Assembly (NCBI GenBank): GCA_951406725.2
Contig: OX597837.1
Location: 34,720,001 to 34,784,000, forward strand
Length of the DNA: 64,000 nucleotides
Direction: 5' to 3'
Source: Octopus vulgaris
Taxonomy: Eukaryota
The notes under the pieces were generated by a model. That model did not search any database. It had not been told where the DNA came from and worked only from the letters and a program-made list of their open reading frames with translations. Position 1 is the first letter of the stretch. Every line of letters starts with the position of its first letter. This document shows positions 39,834 to 52,300 of the stretch, piece after piece. Made by a program: the position numbers and the translations under genes.

Positions 39834-40097
39834 GTTAAGTTAAGTTAATTCTTTTGGCTCAAAAAGCAAAAAGCAAGGCCATGTAGGGGGACATGGAGTT
39901 ATGTATAGGGGTGTTCATGCAAAGAGTTCAGGCCATTTCTGGTCAAGAGAGACTTTGAACCGAGCGGTCATCAGCATCTTCACTATCTCGTCCGGCAGCT
40001 TATTCCACAGATTCGCAACCCAGATGGAGAAAGCCCCTCTCCTTCGATTGAGATGAAATCGTCGCAGATAGAGCTTTTCAGAGTGACCCCGCAGCCT
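39834..40097 (-). mobile_element. CR1-clade LINE 3' fragment, second family, (TTAAC)n tail
   Basis: RGHSEKL...RRGAFSIWVANLWNKLPDEIV...FKVSLD. Confidence 0.85.
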
Positions 40098-41054
40098 CAT
40101 TGCCTTTTTCCAAGTAAGGTAATATCTCCCCATGGCCAAGAATATTCATTTCCAAGAATACTGGAAATGAATGACACTCTTTGCATGACAGTAATACACA
40201 TTTATTACTATCACACTATGTTAAAACAAGGTGGGGACACACACGCACACACACACACACAATGGGCTTTTTTCAGTTTCCATACACCAAAAAGCTTTGG
40301 TCAGCTTGGGACTATAGTCGGAGACATGTGTCCAAGTTGCCACACAGTAGAAATGAACTTGAAACTATTTGGTTGGGAAGTAAAGTTCTCAACCGCACAG
40401 CGATGCTTATACCCACAAGATACCTGACAAGTGTTGGAGTTGACTACATTGACAAAACCCTTCATCTAAATTTGAACCCTTCTTCCTATATTAGAAATGA
40501 ATATTATTTCAGTTTCTCTGGCATGTACAGGAAATAACTCGGGGGTGGGGTTCAGTCTTATTCTGACCTCATCAGCAAGACACGTACATTCATGTGTATA
40601 TCACCAATGTAGTGATGGAAGATTCAATGAGTCAATATGACAGACCTATACATTGGCTGGTATTTCAATTGTTTAGAGAATATATAATTTACAGATGCCA
40701 TCCCCATGAAATTCGATAGTCCACTTAATTGTGCTAACATACTACATGATTGAGGCATTAAAAAAAAACAATTAGAAATAAATTTGTGATGCAAAAAACA
40801 AAATTAAATAAATGCAATAAACAGGTGCATAAAAATAAATAGTAATTGTCAATGACTGATATAGTTTTCCCCGGCATGGAGAGACAACAAACTGCAGACA
40901 GGTTTTAGTCATATTCTGACTGTTTTGGTGACGAATAGGTTTCACCTGCACTTGTGAATGAAGTAACGACAGAATCACGAATGTAGTGATGGAAGATTCA
41001 ATGAGTCAAACTGAAGAGAAAATCGTGTGTGTGTGTGTGTGTGTATGTGTGTGT

Positions 41055-41088
<34 letters not shown>

Positions 41089-41192
41089 GTATGTGTCTGT
41101 GTTTGTTTACGTCTGAGCTCGCTTATTTGAAAGTCATTCAAGCAGTGTTGTTGTTGGCACTTCTATCAATCTGCTTGGTCACACGCATGCAT

Positions 41193-41240
<48 letters not shown>

Positions 41241-41896
41241 AGCTTGTTTTCTATGGCTGGATGTTCTTCTTAAGGCCAACCACACCACAGAAAGAACTGG
41301 GTGTATTTTTTCTTTTTGAGACACCAGCATAAAGGTATTTCTCATACCTACAACAATATCAAAGGGTTCTCTTAGCCCCGTACTTAACTGAGTTCACCTG
41401 ATGCATTTAATTGTAGCACCTGCACTTGAGAGGAGAGACATAAGACAGTGACGCATAGCAAGAGGAGAATAAAATGGTGAGAGCGAATGATGATTGTCAA
41501 TAACAAACAGACTGGGATGTGTACAGGTAGAGTGAATGCAGTACATGTAGCTCTGATGTGGTCCCTAATGTAAATATTTTAAGATGGTGAGAGAGCTAGG
41601 TTGAGAAGGATAAGAGAGGGAGTGGTGGAATATTGGGGAAAGGGTCAGGTAGGTTCAAGATCTCACAGTTAAAGCATTATTTTATTCCAGACTATAAAAA
41701 GGATATAGACCACCTTTGGTCATAAATGATTGTTGGACTGCCCCGAAAGTTCTTCTCCAAGGTACAACACACACACACACACACACACAGCTTGTTTTCT
41801 ATGGCTGGATGTTCTTCCTCTCCAGGCCACTGTTGTTATCCAAGAGAAATCTAAGGGCCGATACTGCTTGGCATCAGTGATGTTGCAAATTATTTC

Positions 41897-42205
41897 TATA
41901 TCACATAAAAAGCACCATCCGAACGTGGCCGATGCCAGCCCCGCCTTGACTGGCTTCTGTGCCGGTGGCACATAAAAAGCACCAACCGATCGTGGCCGAT
42001 GCCAGACCCCTCTGGCACCTGTGCAGGTGGCACGTAAAAAGCACCCCCTACACTCGCGGAGTGGTTGGCGTTAGGAAGGGCATCCAGCTGTAGAAACACT
42101 GCCAGATCAGACTGGAGCCTGGTGCAGCCCCTGGCTTCCCAGACCCCGGTCGAACCGTCCAACCCGTGCTAGCGCGGAAAACGGACGTTAAACGATGATG
42201 ATGAT
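41897..42205 (+). mobile_element. SINE family C, young copy with three modules
   Basis: CpG-rich; ends cggacgttaaacgatgatgatgat. Confidence 0.9.
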
Positions 42206-42206
42206 C

Positions 42207-42337
42207 TGAGTGAACTGGAGCAACGTGAAATAAAGTGTCTTGCTCAAGAACACAACACACAGCTCAGCCTGGGAATCAAACTCACAACCTCATGATTGTA
42301 AGCCTGACACTCTAACCACTGAGCCATGCACCTTCAT
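42207..42337 (-). mobile_element. tRNA/CORE SINE family F (related copies ~7470-7655, 50590-50895, 55486-55760, 56052-56310, 56470-56715, 58363-58635)
   Basis: TGAAGGTGCATGGCTCAGTGGTTAG...GAGTTTGATTCCC...TTCTTGAGCAAGACACTT. Confidence 0.8.
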
Positions 42338-43075
42338 ATACCAGACTGTAAGCAGCTGATAACACAGACACCCATTGTGTTTCTCTACATGTAAATATAT
42401 TTAAACGGAGTTACTGTTACATTTTTATATATTTAAGATTATTTCTATGATGTCTGTCTCTTTGAAACAGCTAAATAAGAAACCGGAGAAGATGAAGGAA
42501 ACAGAAGGCAGAATTGAATGGAACTGATACCAGCCACCAAGGAGTTTATTATTTTTTTTTTTTAAATCTTCAGATACCAACTTCTCTGTGAAGCGACTGA
42601 AGCCAAGCAAATACCAATCTCCTTGTTTCTTGGGAATGTTGACATTCTTAGTGTCATGTCTTCAATCTTGTCATCACCACCTCCACCAATGTCATCATCA
42701 AATGTTATCATCATCACTATCATTATCAATGTCATCATCAGCATCATTATGATCTATGCCATTGTATGGTCCTCAATGTCATTGTCATTGTTCTCCTCCT
42801 AAGCATCAATGCCATACTCCTCTTCCTCCTCCTCATCATTACTACTACTACTACTACTACTACTACTACAGTCAAGTCGGGGAAGCAGTTGATGTTAAAC
42901 TAAATAATAATCAGTTTCATACACGGTTGTGAGGTTCAGAAGCTTGCTTCCCGACCACATGGTTTTGGGTTCAGTTCCACTGTTTGGCACCTAGAACAGT
43001 GTCTTCTACTATAGCCCCAGACCAACAAAAACCTCGTGAGAAGATTTGGTAGGAGGAAACTGAAAAGACACCTGT

Positions 43076-43120
<45 letters not shown>

Positions 43121-43309
43121 GTGTATCACACAAGTGGTGTACTTTGTTTTCAATCTTCCTTAAAACATGTCGAGCCATGAGAAAATATTATCTTGATGGA
43201 TGTATCCCACTCATACAAGTATAGAAAAGTGGACATTTAAAATGATGATAATATATATATACATACGGAAATCTCTAACTCTTTCTATCTACGCATGACA
43301 CACACAACA

Positions 43310-43404
43310 GGGTTTAAGATCAATCTGTGACCAAGCAGCTTCACTCTCCGTGCTTTAGCTTTGTTACCATAGCAACAGCCTGGATACTTACTGCTCAGAC
43401 TACG
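43310..43404 (-). mobile_element. Terminal ~95 bp of the same mariner family
   Basis: Reverse complement aligns with 38229-38322; TA-flanked. Confidence 0.7.
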
Positions 43405-43416
43405 TATATATGTATA

Positions 43417-44041
43417 TCATCATCATCATCATTATCATTTAACGTCTGCTTTCCATGCTAGCATGGGTTGGACGAATGACTGAGGACTGGCAAACCAGAT
43501 GGCTGTGCCAGGCTCCAATCTGATCTGGCAGAGTTTCTACAGCTGGATGCCCTTCCTAACGCCAACCACTCCGAGAGTGTAGTGGGTGCTTTTATGTGAC
43601 ACCGGCATGAGGGCCAGTCAGGCAGTACTGGCAACGACCTCGCTCAAATGTTTTCCATGTGCCAGTAAGGCGACGCTGGTAATGATCACATTTGAATGGT
43701 GCATTTTATGTGCCATATATATATATATATATATATATTCCGTGTCGGTGGCATGTAAAAAGCACCATCCGAATCGTGGCCGAAGCCAGTGCCGCCTCGA
43801 CGGGCTTCCGTGCCGGTGGCACGTAAAATGCACCAATCCGACCGTGGCCGATGCCAGCCTCGCCTGGCACCAGTGCAGGTGGCACGTAAAAAGCACCCAC
43901 TACACTCACAGAGTGGTTGGCGTTAGGAAGGGCATCCAGCTGTAGAATCATTGCCAGATAAGACCGGAGCCTGGTGCAGCCTTCTGGCTTCCCAGACCCC
44001 AGTTGAACCGTCCAACCCATGCTAGCATGGAGAACGGACGT

Positions 44042-44042
<1 letters not shown>
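43417..44042. mobile_element. Head-to-head pair of SINE family C copies (-,+) separated by (TA)n
   Basis: 43417-43712 minus; 43741-44042 plus. Confidence 0.85.
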
Positions 44043-44089
<47 letters not shown>

Positions 44090-46195
44090 TGTTTTACAGT
44101 TAATGAATGAGAAATGAATGCTCAATACATGCTGTAGGGGATATGGTTTTTATTGAAACTGAAACTGGGGGTTTGTTTTATGACTGAAGTTTCACATGAC
44201 TACAATCTTCAGACACGGCATTTCACTGGAATGAAACTCGAATCCTGAAGTAAATTCAGACAAACAGACAGACAGACAGAAAGATAGCTAGAAAGATAAG
44301 CATATAGCTAGCTAGATTCGATTGTGATGTGAAGATGAACAACAATTGAAATTTATGAGTTATGTAGGTGGCGCAAGAGTATTGAAATGAATGAACTAAA
44401 TATATACCTATATATATATGTATAGCCATTCATGTGTGTGTGTGTAATATATATATATATATATATATCTATCCATGTACAAATGTGGGGGTGTCTATGC
44501 ACAGAAACAGAGAAAGAGAGTGAGTGAGGCAGAGTGTAAACACAGAAACAAAGTGAGCCTCAACTCCAACAGCCTTGCTTAGTTATTGTTTCATTCTATG
44601 AATGTAAACACATAGAGGACAATAAGATTAAGAACAACATCAACAGAAACGGGAATGGTAGCGGAGGTGGCAGTGGTGGTGGTGTGGTGGTGGTGTGGTG
44701 GTGGGAACTGTTGTTGGTGTTGGTTATGAATAAATAATACACTCACATATGTGCATGTTTAGGAGCTTGTATCTGCATGGTTGCACCTGTGTGTGCATGA
44801 CAACATGCATGTGTGTGCATGCACGTGCTCGGTTGCACGAATGCATGTGCTTTCGATGCAATACTTTCTGTCTTTCCTTCTTAATGCTTCTAGCTGGCCA
44901 TTGACTGTAAATCAATAGATGTTGGTGGAGGAGTTGAGGTGGGGGTGGTGGTAGTGGTGGGGGATGAGGAGGTTGGAATCAAGGAATATAAGACAAACTA
45001 CAACAACTCGTAACCCTTCCATCACCATTACCCCCCCCCCACCACCACCACCACCAGTAATAAAAACAGACCCCCACCTTCCACTATCATAAATACATAC
45101 TATGACATTCAGAACAACAACACACACAATTCCTCCGCTTACACCACAACCACAACCACAACCACCACCACCACCACCATCACTAATAAGTTAAGAACAC
45201 TTAACAACAACAACACAAACAATGATTCTCTTGCTTCACCCAACCATCGACAACAACAACAACGATAAAAATGGCAATAACTAAAACAAAACACACACAC
45301 ACACACCTGCCTCAGTACCTGCCAACTATAAGAACAGAGGCACACGGAGCACCACGCCCCCACACACACCAGCTAAGAACCACATCAATAACATTAACAG
45401 CACCAACAAATAAACAAAACTGAAACATCAATTGTACGCCCACCACACACCCCCCCATACACACCGCTGCCGCCACCGCTGCCGCCACCGCTGCCGCCAC
45501 CGTTAGTCGTGTCAGTGTGAGCAATGACCAAGTTATGGCTGTCGTGTGAAGACAGACATTAACTGAGATAAGAAGTCTCCTTTGTAGCATTATTAAACCA
45601 CTGTGTAAGTATTAAAAGATGAGCAAGGAAAAGAAAGAAGGAAAAACATGCAAAAACAACAAAAAAAAAACCCCACCAGAGTGAGTTCATCAAATATTTA
45701 CACTACAGTGTGCAATATTAAAGATTATAACACACACACACACACACTACCATACAACATAATCTTGCACACATCCTATACCATAGAATATAACACACAC
45801 ACACACCACAACAAGATACATGCATACACCATACAATACAATACACAGACACATTAAATAACATATAACACAACACACAGATATAGCAACTATCTCAAAA
45901 TACCATACATACACCATACACCACACAGACAACAAATATATACACCATATACTATCATACAACACACACACACACACACTATACATCACATAACACATAC
46001 ATACATCTAACCTCACTTGACATATGCAAACACCACATACCACTAACACACAACATACATACATGCAACACAACACTATACACTATACCATATACCATCA
46101 TACAACACACACACACAACCCATACACCAGACAACACTCATGAAATACTATATAATACATACATACATACATACATACATACATACATACATACA

Positions 46196-46228
<33 letters not shown>

Positions 46229-46633
46229 GTTACTCTATCCAGATTACAAGTTCAGGTTTATACCTGTAATTATTGGGGCTCTGGGATATGTAACACACTG
46301 CCAAAATACCAATCTTGAGAAATTAAGCTTCTCAAAACCAGAAAGGAGAAATTTAATTCGAAGACTACAAATCCAATCCATCACTGGAACTGTAAAAATC
46401 TGTAAAACTTTCCAGAAGTTTATCATTTAAGTATATATGAGCTTGTCTAGATATGCAACTATATGCAAGAGAATGCATACATAAAATATACAAATCTGCA
46501 CATGCATGCATGCATACATACATACATGCATACCTTGTTGTTGATGTTGAAATTCCAATAAAGGAACCTTGGATCTAGGTTAGAAACCAATCCTTTCTCT
46601 ATTGGCAAGAAATCTTGAAATAAACTGAATAAT
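46229..46633 (+). mobile_element. 3' fragment of a restriction-like-endonuclease LINE (R4/Dong-like)
   Basis: FIPVIIGALGYV...LEKL...IRRLQIQSITGTVKICKTF* resembles R4-clade C-termini; 3' UTR follows. Confidence 0.65.
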
Positions 46634-46742
46634 GACATACACACATATCTGACAGGCAGTAAAAACTCTTCAATGAAGTCAATTGACTTATTTGATATCA
46701 TAGACAAATCTTCTACAAACTTCCTTACTATTCCCTTTTTAA

Positions 46743-46962
46743 CCCTTTTGTTACTGTATTTCTGTTGAGATGCTCTGTGTTTCTTTCGATTACTTTAAAT
46801 ATAACAAAGAATTTAGTAAAATAACTTAGTTATCATTCAGCTAGTGTTAGGAACATAAATTGTGACAAAGGTTTGATGGAAGATTTTAATTCAAAACTTA
46901 TGAAAACAAGACATTTGTACTTAGAGCCAGAGCCGGTTTCAGCCGGGTTGGTAACGAAAGGG
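46743..46962. mobile_element. TTAA-type (piggyBac-like) MITE
   Basis: TTAA|CCCTTTTGTTAC...GTAACGAAAGGG|TTAA. Confidence 0.85.
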
Positions 46963-48236
46963 TTAAAGAGGAGCACTTGATGTTTTAACAGTTTAAGTCG
47001 AAAATCTTAGAATAGCAGGCATCAACACAAACATCATCATCATCATCATCATTGTTTAAAATCTATGTTTCATGCTGACAAGGGTTGGACAGTTTGAGAG
47101 GAATTGATGAGGAAGAGGACCAGCTGAGCTCCAGCGTCTGCTTGGGTAGGGTTTCTACATTAAGAAACCCTTCCTAATGCCAACCACTTTACAGAGAGTC
47201 GTGGGTGCAACTTTGTTTTTTTTTTTTTGTTTTTTTGTTTTTTTTTGTGGTACCAGAACTAATAAGGTCCCCAAGGTAGGCAGATGATTTGTGTGGAAGG
47301 AGGGAGGGAGTAAAGAAGGAGTGACCCCCCACAGAAGAAAAAGAAACGGGAACGAGAAGATGAGGAAGTAAATGTGAGAGAGAGAGAGAGAGGAAGGAGG
47401 GAGGGAGGGAGGGAGGGAGAGAGAAAGGAAGAAACACACAGAGGGAGAAACTGCTGGTTCAGAGTTATAGTTGGAGTTGATCATGGTGACACTAATAGTG
47501 ATGATGATGATGATGGTGATGATGATAGCAATGATGTGAGTGATGGTGGTGGTGGTGGTGGTGGTGGTGGTAGTGGTGATGTTACTAGTGATACTGAAGA
47601 TAGCGTCAGCAAAACTGATGACAGTAGCGATGGTCATCATGATGATAATTATAATGGATTACATTAAGATCATATCTGGATTATCTGAGCCAACTTGGGA
47701 AAAAATAACGATAAACTCGTTAAACTTGTTCACCATAGATGCCGTGATATTGTTTGTTAGCAAACACACTGACAGGTATCGAAAGATGTGGTGATATCCT
47801 ACAGTAGTACAGCATACAAGCTGGCAGGCATTAAAGATGAGCGAGAGATATCCTGCATACAGAAAACACTCACAGGGCGATACAGATATAGCGATATCCT
47901 ACAAAATACATTGGCAGGCAATAAAGATGTGATGATATCCTGTGTAAACACACCATGATAGGGCAAAGATGCAGTGATATCGTGTATCAAACTGCAGTGG
48001 CCTACAGTAAAGCCACATTGATGTTATGAACACTAATAAAGAAATAAAAATACACAGGGAGAGTGACTTCGTTGTAAATCATTAAATTGTGGTGTAAACA
48101 CAGCCCCAGGTCAGCCTTGATCCAGCAGACTTGTAATCAAAGATAGTCAGGATGATCCAGTGATGATCATCTCATTAAGCTTCTAAAGACAGTCCTATAT
48201 GCTCGGCTTTGTTTCATATGGTAGGGAATGGATAAA

Positions 48237-49261
48237 CCCTTTTGATACTAACCTGCCTGTGTCTACCCGTGGTTCTATGATACAGATTTCCATCAAAGTT
48301 TCATGCTAATTTATATTCCAAATACAAGCTCTTAATAATGATGACATTGTTTTACTGAATTCTTCATTATTTTCAAAGTTAGCACGCCGGGTGAAATGCT
48401 TAGCGATATTTTGTCTGCCGTTACATTCTGAGTTCAAATTCCACCGAGGTGAATTTTGAATATAATGAAGAATTTACGAAAATAACCTGATCATTATTAA
48501 GAAAGTGTTTAGAACATACATTAATATGAAATTTTGAGAGATAGTTTTAATTTAAATCACTTTGCCCCTTTCATTACTATATTTCTCTTGAAATACACTT
48601 GCCTCTGTCATAATTAATTTTGGAAATAATGGAGAGTTTGGTAAAATAATTTGGATCTTTTTGGTTTGAACGGCATTTTTTTCTAGCGGTGTCATATGAA
48701 ATTGTCACCCAGAATTATGACCCTAGTATTGATCTATTGCATTTCAATCTGTTTTAGGGTTAGGTTAGTTAGGGTTAGAGGTGGGGGGGAAGGGTATCTT
48801 TTTTTCTTCACAAATGTAAATAAACCCAATCTGTTTCTTAAACGAGGGACATATTCATACGGCACAATGTTTTTTAACTCAATGGACGTCATCGATTGGT
48901 TGAAATTGCAGAAATTGAAGTAAAAAAAACAGCAAATATCTTACAAACTATAGAATTTTCTCAATAAAGCCAAGAGAAAAAGATGTTTTATAAACACATT
49001 CTACCAGTATACGAAGTTTTAAATTTTTTTAGTTACCTAGAAATTATGTTAAAAACTGCCGTTGAAACCAAAAAGATCCAATAATTTTGCTATTACATAC
49101 TTGGTGTTTGGTACATAAATAAACATGAAATTTTGATGGAAGTTTTTAAGTTAGATCGCTTTAAAATTGGAAGTTTGTTTCATAGAAGTAGGGGAAGTTT
49201 CACTGGTGATGGAGGCATGGGGAAGTTTTATAGAAGTAGGGGAAGTTTGCTATCAAAAGGG
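48237..49261. mobile_element. TTAA-type non-autonomous element hosting nested insertions
   Basis: CCCTTTTGATA...TATCAAAAGGG|TTAA; internal similarity to 46743-46962. Confidence 0.7.
48653..49079. mobile_element. MITE with ~29-bp TIR and 8-bp TSD
   Basis: GGATCTTTTTGGTTTGAACGGCA / TGCCGTTGAAACCAAAAAGATCC; TSD AATAATTT (48645-48652, 49080-49087). Confidence 0.9.
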
Positions 49262-50994
49262 TTAAGGTGTCCTTTTCATTCAGCTCACTTCCTTAGCAGA
49301 TTTTCAGTATTGTTAACAGTTACAATCATTAATTTCCTCAGATTTTATTTCAATCATTCTCTGCTCACATCTTTTCCAGTGATCTTTCACGAACTACCAA
49401 TTCTTGCGGTCAGAGATGTGTTAAAAAAGGTTTGTGTTACATCCTTGATTGATACCTTTAACTCAGATGGCCATAGCAGCATTAACCACTGTTTCTCAAT
49501 TAATTCAGAAACAGCTGGATGACAAAACCCAAGTTCATTGAATGTGTTTATTCTATAGCTCAAGACAAGACAAATTCTGTTTGCTTCAGTGGACATTCCA
49601 GTACAACTGGTGTTTCCAAAAGATAATTGATGTGAAAAAAAAATTATGATCTGAAGATAGATATGAAGAATGGTTTGAACTCTGTGGAGGCATCTATTGG
49701 CATCAAGAATATCAAGATCTACAAGGTAAGCAATGAGTTAATGGGCAGGCCATTAAGTGGCCATTCAACATGCTAGAAATAATAGCCAGATAGTCACTAA
49801 ATCACACACTACTTTCTTATAAAATAGGACACATTGGGCAATGTTGTTCTAGATACATTACCTTGAAAACAAGATGAGAGTGGTCCCATTTGCAAAGTTA
49901 TTGATCATTGATCAAGGATGATAGCAACAACCATATAAACAACAAACCAATAAAGAAGCCTATACATATTCATTCAACCTGCCAGAAATAGCTCCATAAA
50001 CTTCCCTCATATCATGCTCTACTGTCTCTAAAGGAGAGATGCATGAAGCAGTTTAATCTCTGATACACAAAAAAAGTAGGGTGGTCACAGACTGACAGTC
50101 TTTGACCACAGATCAACCCAACAACACTTGAGCTATGAATTCAAGTCATCTGTGGCAATGCTTCTCAGGATGTTAGCACTTCTTCCCAGGGGATGGTAGA
50201 AAATTTTAAAGAGGCACTGGAGAGAGAAGGGAAATACTGGGAGGAGCTGCATCTGTACAGCTGTTTTTAGTTTTTGTTTCTAAATATTAACTAAAAGGAA
50301 AAGACAAATAAATGTAATGTAATAACTGCTTGTCGGATCACAATCACAATAACAATAATTAATAATTATTTCTACTATACACAAAATCTGAAATTTTGGG
50401 CACAAGCAGTGAGTCAATTACATCAACCCTAGTGTGCAACTGGTACTTGTTTTATTGATCCTGAGAAGATGAAAGGCAAAGTCAACTTCCACAGCATTTG
50501 AACTCTGAATGTTAAGCTAGAAGAAACACCATTAAGCATTTTGTCTGGTGCAGTAACAATTCTGCCAGTTCACCACCTTTAAAAATGACCCTCTTCTGTC
50601 AACTATGACTATGGGATTGTACCTAGGGAGTTCCTCTCCAGGCAAGGTTGTTTATGGAAGACCAGCAGTCGCCCATGTACACCAGCCTCTCCTCTCTATG
50701 CCACCGATGTTATCCAAGGGAAAGGCAAAGGGGCTGATACAGCTTGGCACCACTCATTTCTACAGCCGAGTGAACTGGAGCAATGTGAAATAAAGTGTCT
50801 TGCTCAAGAACACAACACACAGTCCGGTCTAGGAATCAAACTCACTACTTTATGATTGTGAGTCCAATGCTCTGACCACTGAGATATGTGCCACCTTTAC
50901 AACTACAACAACAATCATAACAACTACAACATTAACAACAATAATAGACTTCAAAATGTGAACAAGACAATAAACGCAACTGAATATATATACT

Positions 50995-51376
50995 TCTTGA
51001 AGCACTCCGTCGGTTACGACGACGAGGGTTCCGGTTGATCCGAATCAACGGAACAGCCTGCTCGTGAAATTAACGTGTAAGTGGCTGAGCACTCCACAGA
51101 CACGTGTACCCTTAACGTAGTTCTCGGGAATATTCAGCGTGACACAGAGAGTGACAAGGCCGGCCCTTTGAAATACAGGTACAACAGAAACAGGAAGTAA
51201 GAGTGAGAGAAAGTTGTGGTGAAAGAATACAGCAGGGATCATCACCATCCCCTGCCGGAGCCTCGTGGAGCTTTTTAGGTGTTTTCGTTCAATAAACACT
51301 CACAACGCCCGGTCTGGGAATCGAAACCGCGATCCTATGACCGCGATCCTTAACGTTTCTGCCAGCTCGCCACCTT
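50995..51376 (-). mobile_element. Chimeric SINE (family B 5' end + family E body + alternative tail) with 17-bp TSD
   Basis: AACTGAATATATATACT at 50978-50994 and 51377-51393. Confidence 0.85.
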
Positions 51377-52080
51377 AACTGAATATATATACTACCCATA
51401 CATGTAAATTTACAGACAATAAACAAAAGTATGATTATCAAAGTTCTGGGGTTTTCCATACATGCTATAAAATTCACCATTGCACCTGCAGTGCAAAGTA
51501 ACATTCTAACTTGCGTATGCATAGATATACATATGTACATGTGGTTTATTTAATTTGGTGGATTGTAGCCAGGGCAATTTAAAAGATTTAGCTAAATAAA
51601 GGTGGTGGTAGTGGTGGGGGGGTATTGTTAAACTGTTTGAGAAGCACTGATCTATAGAGCTTCGTTCATGACTGCTCATGTTTATTAGTGTGAATTCAAC
51701 ACATCGTTTCATATTAAAAGAATCAAAACCAATATTGGTCTAAGACCAATATTGGTTTTCTTTGCTACTGCATAATAATTTCTGGTTTGTTTCTCAATGT
51801 TCCTGGCATTGAATATGCTAATGCAACACATTTAATTACTGTTTCTACGTGTGAACGGCAGGGAACAGCAGCATGTTGGCAGTGCAGTGTCATTAGAGCA
51901 TTGGACAAAATGCTGTGCACTTTTTGCTTGGCTCTGTGCTCTGAGTTTAAATCTTGCTGAGGTCAACTCTGACTTTCAGGAGTCAAAAAGTACCAGTCCA
52001 GAACAGGGAATGGACAAAGTGTCCTTGCAAAGTCGTTACAGCGTTGGACAGAATACATTACAGTTTTTGTTTGGCTTTAA

Positions 52081-52300
52081 CCCTTTCATTACCAACCCGG
52101 CTGAAACCGGCTCTGGCCCTGAGTACAAATGTCTTGTTTTCATAAGTTTTGAATTAAAATCTTCCACCAAAACTTAGTCACAATTTATGTTCCTAACACT
52201 AGCTGAATAATAACCAAGTTATTTTACTAAATTCTTTGATATATTTAAAGTAATTGAAAGAAACACAGAACATCTCAAAATAAATACAGTAATGAAAGAG
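52081..52300. mobile_element. TTAA-type MITE, same family, opposite orientation
   Basis: TTAA flanks; near-identical to the reverse complement of 46743-46962. Confidence 0.85.

Noticed and set aside
42470-42640. Plus-strand acceptors at 42470 and 42594 as coding exons
   Set aside because: No matching donor nearby and no recognisable peptide.
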